A stretch of DNA of 64,000 nucleotides from Thermoanaerobaculia bacterium (GTDB lineage Bacteria > Acidobacteriota > Thermoanaerobaculia > Multivoradales > Multivoraceae): positions 3,936,001-4,000,000 of the forward strand of contig OY762911.1 of NCBI GenBank assembly GCA_963666565.1. Reading direction: 5' to 3'. The stretch's first letter is position 1, and each line of letters begins with the position of its first letter. Below the pieces are notes generated by a model. The model saw nothing but the letters and a program-made list of their open reading frames with translations, was not told where the DNA came from and made no database searches. Shown here one piece after another: positions 17,164 through 24,114 of this stretch. A program made the position numbers and the translations under genes.

Positions 17164-18015
17164 ATGAAGAAACTGACCAGGGCGCAGCGCGAACAATGGG
17201 CGATCGACGGTTACCTCCGCGTCGAGGGAGCGCTGTCGCCGGACGAAGTCGCCTTCTTCGACGCCGAGCTCGACCGGATCCGGCAACTTCCCGGCTGGGA
17301 ACCGAATCCCGACGGACCGCTTGGCCACTACGCCTGGCTCGACCACGCCGTCGACCGCGACCCGGAGGGCTTCATGGACCGCCGGGTCCTGCTCGGCTAC
17401 GACCAGGCGTTCATCGACCTGATGGACGCATCGCCCGTCTTCGACCTCGTCACCGACATCATGGGCCCCTACGTCGTGCTCAGCATGACCCAGGCGATCG
17501 TCCGCCCGTCGAACCCGCGCTGGCCCGGCTACACCCACACCGACGGCGGCGAGGCGCTCCGCCGCATCCGGGTCACCGAAACGAGCCTGCCGCTGGCGAT
17601 GAAGGGGATGTACCTGCTTTCCGACATCGCGGACGAGGACTGCGGCAACTTCACCGTCTTCCCGGGCAGCCACATGCGCCCGTTCCCGGAACGTCCCTAC
17701 CCCGCCCCGGGGCCGAAGACGCCCGGCGCGGTGCAACTCACCGGCAAGGCCGGCGACTGCATCCTCTTCCCGCACTCGCTGTGGCACGGCCCGTCCGTCA
17801 ACGCCTCGCCGTGCGCCCGCAAGACGATCCTCTACAACTACTGCCAGTTGTTCCTCCGCACCTACGACCCGGAACCCGCGCCGAAGGTCCTGGAGCGCTG
17901 CACGCCGAGGCAACGCCGCCTGCTCGGCGACCTCGGCTACGGCTTCCGGCCGGGCTCGTACTTCTACGCGCCGCGGGATCAGGCGGACCTGATCGCCGGT
18001 GGAGACTCCGGCTAA
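17164..18015 (+). CDS. Phytanoyl-CoA dioxygenase (PhyH) family 2OG-Fe(II) oxygenase
   Basis: DGYLRVEGALS, HTD (HxD), GNFTVFPGSH, KAGDCILF..LWHG; AGGAG RBS. Confidence 0.9.
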   Translation: MKKLTRAQREQWAIDGYLRVEGALSPDEVAFFDAELDRIRQLPGWEPNPDGPLGHYAWLDHAVDRDPEGFMDRRVLLGYDQAFIDLMDASPVFDLVTDIMGPYVVLSMTQAIVRPSNPRWPGYTHTDGGEALRRIRVTETSLPLAMKGMYLLSDIADEDCGNFTVFPGSHMRPFPERPYPAPGPKTPGAVQLTGKAGDCILFPHSLWHGPSVNASPCARKTILYNYCQLFLRTYDPEPAPKVLERCTPRQRRLLGDLGYGFRPGSYFYAPRDQADLIAGGDSG

Positions 18016-18056
18016 CGTCGGCGACCGGCCTTGTCTGCAAGCCCGTGGAGAAGCCC

Positions 18057-19133
18057 ATGAAGCTCGATGCGACCTCGCGCCGCCTCGGCGTCCGCGGCAT
18101 CCGCCAGGGACTGCCGACCTGCACGGCGCTGGCCGCGTTCCTGACGCTGGCCTGCTCGACGATCGCCGCTCCGGAGCGCGACCCGGCGGTCGTTCCGCCC
18201 GCGACGCCGGCTGCGGCGCCGCCGCCGGAAGAAGCGCGGCAAGGCGACGCGCCAGACGATCTCCTGGCGGACCTGGCCCGGGTCGCCGGCCGCGAGAACG
18301 CGGACCGGGGAGAGGCGCTGCTGAGCATGTTCCGGGAGCGCGGCCTGGCGCCCGAGATCCAGGAGTTTCGCCCGTCCGCGCCGGACGACTCCCGCCAGCC
18401 GAGCCCCGGCCAGAGCCTGCGTGCCCCGGCGGAAACGCTCGATCGCCGGGTCGCCGCGACCGGCAGGAACCTGATCGTCACCGTCGGCGAGGGCAGCCGC
18501 GACATCGTGGTCGGCGCCCACTACGACGCGGTTCGCCTGCGGGACGGCACGATCGTCGGCGGCGCCGTGGACAACGGCGCGGCGTCGGTCGTTCTCGTCC
18601 GGGTCGCCGAGACGCTTCGGCGGCACGAACTGAACCACCGCGCCCGCGTCGTCCTCTTCGACCTGGAGGAATCCGGCCTGCTCGGCTCTCGCGCCTACCT
18701 GGAACAAGGGGACCCCGGCCGCATCGCCGCCATGGTCAACGCCGACGTGGTCGCCGGCGACGGCGCCCTGATGTACGGGCCAACGTCGCACGAAGGCAAC
18801 GACGCGGTCTACCGGAGCCTCCGCGTCGCGTGCGCCGGCGCCGGGATCCCGTGCATCGGCCTTCCACGCTACCCGCCCAGCGACGACCGATCCTTCCAGG
18901 CCGCCGGCATCCCCAACGTCTCGCTCGCCATGAACGACGCGGCCGCCGCCCACCAGTTGTGGCTCGTGCTGAACGCCGGCCCCGAGTCCGGGTTGCGCGA
19001 GGGCTTCGTGCCCGAGGTCTTCCGGGTCATCCACACGGCCGAGGACACGATCGAGCGCGTCAACGAGACCGCGATGAACCAGCTTCACGAGCTGATCGTC
19101 GCCCTCGTGCTGGAACTGGACCGGGCGCTGTAG
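18057..19133 (+). CDS. M28 family metallopeptidase, probable lipoprotein
   Basis: LAC lipobox, VGAHYD, GAVDNGA, FDLEESGLLGS, SDDRSF, IHTAEDT. Confidence 0.88.
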   Translation: MKLDATSRRLGVRGIRQGLPTCTALAAFLTLACSTIAAPERDPAVVPPATPAAAPPPEEARQGDAPDDLLADLARVAGRENADRGEALLSMFRERGLAPEIQEFRPSAPDDSRQPSPGQSLRAPAETLDRRVAATGRNLIVTVGEGSRDIVVGAHYDAVRLRDGTIVGGAVDNGAASVVLVRVAETLRRHELNHRARVVLFDLEESGLLGSRAYLEQGDPGRIAAMVNADVVAGDGALMYGPTSHEGNDAVYRSLRVACAGAGIPCIGLPRYPPSDDRSFQAAGIPNVSLAMNDAAAAHQLWLVLNAGPESGLREGFVPEVFRVIHTAEDTIERVNETAMNQLHELIVALVLELDRAL

Positions 19134-19151
19134 CGGCCCCTGAACCGGGCT

Positions 19152-19835
19152 TCAGGGCGGGTCGGCGTACGGCTCGTCCTCCGGCACGAACTCGGTCTCC
19201 TGGCGCGCGGCCGCGCTCCACTCGCGCATCGCCTTCGTGGCGAGCAGCGCCCGGCAGTAGTCCGCGGCGTCGGGAGGCAACGCCGGTTCGTAGGTCGCGA
19301 ATCGCGAGGCCACCGGCAGGAAGTACGCGTCGGCGGCGGAGAAAGCGCCGAACAGGAACGACCCGCCGCCGCCGAACTCGGCCAGGGCGTCGCGCCACAA
19401 GACAGTCAGCAGCCCGATCTCCGCCAGGACTTCCGGCGTTCCGCCCTTGCCCGGATGGCTCGATCGGATGTTCATCGGCATGGCCGACCGCAACGCCCCG
19501 TAGCCGGAGTGGAAGACGGCGACCAGCGAGCGCGCCCGGGCGCGGGCACGGGCATCGGCAGGCCAGACGCCGCGGTCGGGGTACAGATCGTGCAGCCGCT
19601 CCGCGATCGCCGACGTGTCGAAGGTGGCGAAGCCCTGCCCCGGCTCGCCTTCCCAGAGCACCGGCACCAGCCGCGTGGGCGACAGCGACTCGATGTTCCG
19701 CTGCCAGTCCTCCGAGTCGAACTTCAGCATCCGCTCCGCGAACGGGATGCCGAGTTGGGTCATCAAGGCCCACGGCCGGAGCGACCAGGACGAGTAGTTC
19801 CTGTTGCCGATGACGAGAGTGAGCGGTTGCGTCAT
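19152..19835 (-). CDS. Glutathione S-transferase family protein
   Basis: IGNRNYSSWSLRPW, SPTRLVPVL, FHSGY.ALR..MPMN, FLFGAFSAADA. Confidence 0.92.
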   Translation of the reverse strand: MTQPLTLVIGNRNYSSWSLRPWALMTQLGIPFAERMLKFDSEDWQRNIESLSPTRLVPVLWEGEPGQGFATFDTSAIAERLHDLYPDRGVWPADARARARARSLVAVFHSGYGALRSAMPMNIRSSHPGKGGTPEVLAEIGLLTVLWRDALAEFGGGGSFLFGAFSAADAYFLPVASRFATYEPALPPDAADYCRALLATKAMREWSAAARQETEFVPEDEPYADPP

Positions 19836-19897
19836 GGGCGGCAGAGCCTACAGCGGACGGATTGACGGACCCGGCGCAGGCGCTATCCTGAGTTGCA

Positions 19898-20836
19898 GTG
19901 TCCCCCGCCAGCAGACCGCGCTACCTTCTGACGCCGGCCATCCTCCTCGGGCTCCTTGCGGCGTCGGGCGCACCCCTCTGCGCCCAGGCCGGGTCGACCT
20001 GGTCCCCGCCCGGCGACATCGACGGGCTGTGGGACTTCGCCACCGCGACGCCCCTCCAGCGGCCCTCCGCCTACGCGGAGCAGGAGTACTTCTCGGCCGA
20101 AGAGGCGGCCCGGTTCGAACGCGACACGATCGCGCGCCGCGCCGAGGCCCAGAAGCGCAGCCCGAGCGTCCACGCGCCGTACTGGCTCGACCACGGCCGC
20201 CACGTGCAGGAGTCGCGCCGCACCTCGCTGGTCTTCGATCCGCCGAACGGCCGCATCCCGCCGATGACCGAAGACGGCCGCCGCCGCGCCCGGGAACGCC
20301 GCGACCGGCGCGCCAGCCCGCCGGCCGGCCCGGAGGACCGCAACCTCTGGGAACGCTGCCTGATGGGCTTCAACGCCGGGCCCCCGATGAACCCCGGCGG
20401 CTACAACAACAACGTGCTCATCCTGGTCACGCCCGACACCGTCGCCCTGCTCAACGAGATGGTCCACGACACCCGCATCGTCCCGCTCGACGACCGGCCG
20501 CGCCTGCCGGAGCACGTACGCCAGTTCAAGGGCGAATCGCGCGGCCGCTGGGACGGCGAGACCTTGGTCGTCGAGACCCGGAACTTCGATCCCCGAATCA
20601 GCTTCGCGGGCTCGGGCGGCAACATGCTCCTGACCGAACGATTCACCCGCTACGACGAGACGACGCTGGTCTACGAATACACGATCGACGACCCGGAATC
20701 CTTCGAGCGCCGCTGGAGCGCGCGCATCGAAATGAAGAAGTCGGACCAGGCCATCTTCGAGTACGCCTGCCACGAGGGCAACTACGGCCTGTTCAACATC
20801 CTCGAGTACGCGCGCACCAACGAGAAGCGTCGCTGA
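19898..20836 (+). CDS. Conserved secreted hypothetical protein
   Basis: Signal peptide; TPLQRP, RTSLVFDPPNGRIP, ERCL, GESRGRWDGETLVVETRNF, EYACHEGNYG. This pattern is common in Acidobacteria. Confidence 0.8.
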   Translation: MSPASRPRYLLTPAILLGLLAASGAPLCAQAGSTWSPPGDIDGLWDFATATPLQRPSAYAEQEYFSAEEAARFERDTIARRAEAQKRSPSVHAPYWLDHGRHVQESRRTSLVFDPPNGRIPPMTEDGRRRARERRDRRASPPAGPEDRNLWERCLMGFNAGPPMNPGGYNNNVLILVTPDTVALLNEMVHDTRIVPLDDRPRLPEHVRQFKGESRGRWDGETLVVETRNFDPRISFAGSGGNMLLTERFTRYDETTLVYEYTIDDPESFERRWSARIEMKKSDQAIFEYACHEGNYGLFNILEYARTNEKRR

Positions 20837-20888
20837 GAACGGGAGCGAGGCTTGCGCCTCGCGCGATCTTCCCCAGGCCGGCGGGGAC

Positions 20889-20960
20889 GCCGGCGCACCC
20901 AGTGTGCGAACCCGTTCCCTGGAAGCCGGCGCACCCAGTGTGGAGCACCGTTCTGGAAGC
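20889..20960. repeat. Two-copy direct repeat (period 36 nt)
   Basis: GCCGGCGCACCCAGTGTG at 20889 and 20925, each followed by CCGTT(CC/C)...TGGAAGC. Confidence 0.75.
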
Positions 20961-21032
20961 GAGGCGCCATTCGCATGGTGGCCCCGCGGGCGCCGAAGGC
21001 GGCCTGGGAGGGTGCAGCGTCCAGCCTGCCCA

Positions 21033-21263
21033 GGGGCTCAGGGGGGAGGGGTCCCAGGCGGCTCGAAGCGAGCGACGCCCGACGCCGTCACGGCAGGCAA
21101 CGCCCCACCGAAGCGAGCGGAGTGCAGCGAGCGCACCCCCTTCCATCTTCCGACCAAGCGGGAACCCGGGTGGCGCGGTCCGCGCCATCCGTGAACCAGT
21201 CCGTGCGGCCGTCATCGGGCGCACGGATGGCGCCGCGCCTGCGACCCCTCCCCCCTGAGCCCC
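21033..21263. mobile_element. Family B MITE-like element with 28-bp terminal inverted repeats; contains a family C repeat (21164-21231)
   Basis: GGGGCTCAGGGGGGAGGGGTCCCAGGCG (21033-21060) versus CGCCTGCGACCCCTCCCCCCTGAGCCCC (21236-21263), one mismatch. Interior resembles the 44297-44471 element. Confidence 0.65.
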
Positions 21264-21309
21264 GACCAGGCAGGCGGCCGCAACCGACACCGCCACGCCG
21301 CGCAACGCC

Positions 21310-23139
21310 TCAGCCGCCGCTGGCAACCGCGGCCACGTCGTCGCGATGCGTCCACCAGCCGGGGCTGGTCCACCAGTCGCTGCCGGGGGGCGGAGTCGGC
21401 TGGAACAGGAAGACGCCGGAGGGCGCGAACTCGACGCCGCGGAGGCGCTTGCTGAAAGCGCGGATCTCGGAGTAGTTCCACATCATCGTGAACGGCTGGT
21501 CCTCGGCGACGACATAGGCCAGTTCGCGGTAGATCGCGGCGCGGGCCTCCGGGTCGAACTCGCGCCGGCCGCGCTCGAGCAGGTCGTCCACCCGATCGCT
21601 CCTGTAGCCGACGTAGTTGCGGGCGTTGTCGTAGCTCGTCGAATGGAGGCGGATCGTCCACTGGTCCGGGTCGGTCGTCACCTCGTCGGCGTCCGCGTGG
21701 GCCTGGAACTCGTGCTCCAGCAGGTGCTGCTCGTGGGTCGCGTTCTCGAACATGCGGAGCGTCAGCTCGACGCCGATGCTGCGCAGGTCCTCGCGGTAGA
21801 TGTCCGCCATCTTCACCGCGTCGGCAAACGTCTGGGCGATCTCCATCTCGAACGAGAACTTGACCTTCTCGCCGTCGATCTCCTTGTAGCGCCAGCCGTC
21901 GTCGGGGTCCGGCAGCCAGCCGGCCTCGTCGAGCAGTTCGCCCGCGCGCACCAGGTCGAACGGATACTTCGGTACGTCCGGGTTGTAGCCCATGTGGTCC
22001 TTGTCCCAGAGCTGATCCGTCTCGAGGTAGACGCCGTAGGCGACGTCCCGGATCACCCGCTTCTGGTCGTAGGCATGGGTCATCGCCCGCCGCACCCGCA
22101 CGTCGGTGAAGAACGGGTTGCTGCCGTCCTGGTTCCAGCCGATCCGCGAGATGCGCCGCGCCGGCGCCCAGCCCTTGACGCCGACCCGCTCGAACTCCTC
22201 GTCGTTGCTCTGGGTGGCGAACTGCTGCGGAGTGAACCAGTACTCGTCGAGCTCGCCCTTCTTGAACAGCAGCAACCCCAGGTTGCGGTCGCTCTGGGGC
22301 CGGTAGATCACCCGCCTGAAGGGCGCGATGCGCGCCGCGTCCGGGAACTCGTCCCAGCGCTCGACCACGATCCGGTCGGTCAGCGTCCAGGACACGAACC
22401 TGTACGGCCCGGAACCGATGACTTCCTCGCGGGCGTAGCGGTTGAAGTACTCGCTGCTCCGCATCGTCGGGTCCTTCGCCAGTTCCTCCGGGTTGTTCCA
22501 GATGTGGCGCGGAATCGGCGGCACGCGCATCGCCAGCATGTTCGTGACCAGGGCGTCCTTGAAGTGGAACTCGACCGTCAGATCGTCGATCACGTCGACC
22601 CGCTCGATCTGGTCCACGTCGTGCTTGTACATGGCCGCCGGCACGTCGTCCGAGGCCACCGCGTCGTAGGTGAACTTCAGGTCGTGCATCGTCCACGGCC
22701 TGCCGTCGTGCCAGGTCAGCCCCGGCCGGACCCGCACGCGGGCGCTCAGCCAGTCGTCCGCCATCACGCCTTCCTCGACCACGGTCCGGTTCCACACCGT
22801 CGTCATGTCCGCGTTGCGCGTCGTCAGCGACTGGAACAGGGCGCCTGAGAGGTAGTAGTCCTCCCAGAAGATCGCGAAGATCGGGTTGAGCGTCCGCGGA
22901 TCGCCGAGCATGTAGCGCACCAGCGTGTCGTCCCGGGCGACGACCTCCGGCCGGTCGAACGGGTAGGGCTCGGTCAGCGTCGGCGGGTTGACCAGCGGGT
23001 CGGCAGCCGGGTCGTAAGCCGGACCCGAAGGAGCGGTCGAGCGCTCCGGCAGCGGCCCGGTGCAGGCGGCCGCGAGCAGAACGAGCGAGAAAAGGAGGGC
23101 GGCGGCAGCGACTCGAAGCGAAGGCGACTGGATGCACAT
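21310..23139 (-). CDS. ABC transporter peptide/nickel-type substrate-binding lipoprotein (SBP family 5)
   Basis: LAAAC lipobox, DPRTLNPI, TWHDGRP, IGSGPYRF, FFTDVRVRRAMT, LLDEAGW. No permease genes are adjacent. Confidence 0.9.
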   Translation of the reverse strand: MCIQSPSLRVAAAALLFSLVLLAAACTGPLPERSTAPSGPAYDPAADPLVNPPTLTEPYPFDRPEVVARDDTLVRYMLGDPRTLNPIFAIFWEDYYLSGALFQSLTTRNADMTTVWNRTVVEEGVMADDWLSARVRVRPGLTWHDGRPWTMHDLKFTYDAVASDDVPAAMYKHDVDQIERVDVIDDLTVEFHFKDALVTNMLAMRVPPIPRHIWNNPEELAKDPTMRSSEYFNRYAREEVIGSGPYRFVSWTLTDRIVVERWDEFPDAARIAPFRRVIYRPQSDRNLGLLLFKKGELDEYWFTPQQFATQSNDEEFERVGVKGWAPARRISRIGWNQDGSNPFFTDVRVRRAMTHAYDQKRVIRDVAYGVYLETDQLWDKDHMGYNPDVPKYPFDLVRAGELLDEAGWLPDPDDGWRYKEIDGEKVKFSFEMEIAQTFADAVKMADIYREDLRSIGVELTLRMFENATHEQHLLEHEFQAHADADEVTTDPDQWTIRLHSTSYDNARNYVGYRSDRVDDLLERGRREFDPEARAAIYRELAYVVAEDQPFTMMWNYSEIRAFSKRLRGVEFAPSGVFLFQPTPPPGSDWWTSPGWWTHRDDVAAVASGG

Positions 23140-23195
23140 GACGGCGGAACTGTAGCGCGCCTGACTTGCCGCGCCAGAACGGTGCCGGCCTTCGG

Positions 23196-23256
23196 CCCGC
23201 GCGAGTTTCCGGCCGCCTTCGGCGGCAGCGGGTCAGAGGACCCGCGCACCCGGCAG
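23196..23256 (+). repeat. Family A REP-like repeat
   Basis: CCCGCGCGAGTTTCC-GGCCGCCTTCGGCGGCAGCGGGTCAGAGGACCCGCGCACCCGGCAG. Confidence 0.88.
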
Positions 23257-23271
23257 GCGGGCCGCTCAGGC

Positions 23272-23652
23272 TCAACGCAACCGGTCGATCCGCCGCCGGT
23301 CGCGCTTGGTCGGCCGGCCGGCGCCGCGGCGTCGCTGCGCCGGCATCGACGCCATTCGAGGGTCGCGAGGCTTCGGCTCGGGCTTCGGCGGGCTCAGGTC
23401 GTCGTACAGCCGCGACGCCTCGGCCTTCGGCAACGGCCGGTCCCGCAGTTCCCGTACGACGAGGATCCGCTTCCAGTCGCGCATCCCGAACTCGATCCGG
23501 TCGCCGACCCGAAGCTGGCGGTGCGCCTTGGCCTGCTGGCCGTTGACCGTGACCCGCCCGGCGGCGCAGGCCGCAGCCGCCTTGGATCGTGCGCGGAACA
23601 TCCGCGATACCTGGAGCCACTTGTCGAGGCGGTTCAACGGCCGTCCTCCCAC
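23272..23652 (-). CDS. hslR: S4-domain ribosome-associated heat shock protein Hsp15
   Basis: RLDKWL..RMFRARSKA, GRVTVNG, AEASRLYDD, GRPTKRDRRRIDRL. Confidence 0.9.
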   Translation of the reverse strand: MGGRPLNRLDKWLQVSRMFRARSKAAAACAAGRVTVNGQQAKAHRQLRVGDRIEFGMRDWKRILVVRELRDRPLPKAEASRLYDDLSPPKPEPKPRDPRMASMPAQRRRGAGRPTKRDRRRIDRLR

Positions 23653-23694
23653 GGCACCGCGCCGACCCGATGGCCCTCCCGGTACGCGAAAACG

Positions 23695-24048
23695 TCAGTC
23701 ATTCGAGTCGTCGCCCCAGGTCCACGGCTCGGCCCGTTCGCGCTTCCGCGGACGAGCGCGCCGCCTTTCCCGAGCGCGACGCTCCACGCGTTCGATCGGA
23801 CGGATCTCCTGCGACGGCACCGCGTTCGGCAGGCGGTCCGCCAATCCGAGTTCAACCGCGAGGCGGAGCAGGCTGTCCAGACTGCTCGGGCGGCCAGCCT
23901 CGATGTTGCGCAGCGTGCGGACACCGATACCCGCATCCTCAGCCAGCATCTGCTGCGTGACGTTCCTGGCCAAACGCAGCCTCGCCAGCTGCCGTCCCAG
24001 TTCCCCCCGCAGAGCGCGGGCAGTCGGCCTCGTCCGGAATCTCTCCAT
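23695..24048 (-). CDS. XRE-family HTH protein (HipB-like)
   Basis: LGRQLARLRLARNVTQQMLAEDAGIGVRTLRNIEAG, basic C-tail ending WTWGD; GGAG upstream of ATG 24048. Confidence 0.85.
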   Translation of the reverse strand: MERFRTRPTARALRGELGRQLARLRLARNVTQQMLAEDAGIGVRTLRNIEAGRPSSLDSLLRLAVELGLADRLPNAVPSQEIRPIERVERRARERRRARPRKRERAEPWTWGDDSND

Positions 24049-24114
24049 CGCGCTCCATGTTGCTGCCGAATCCCCAGACACTTCAAGAGGCAGTATTGTG
24101 CCTCCTAAAGTCAA

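Noticed and set aside
20889-20960. Possible mini CRISPR array
   Set aside because: Only two repeat copies, the intervening sequences resemble each other and are too short for spacers, and there are no cas genes.
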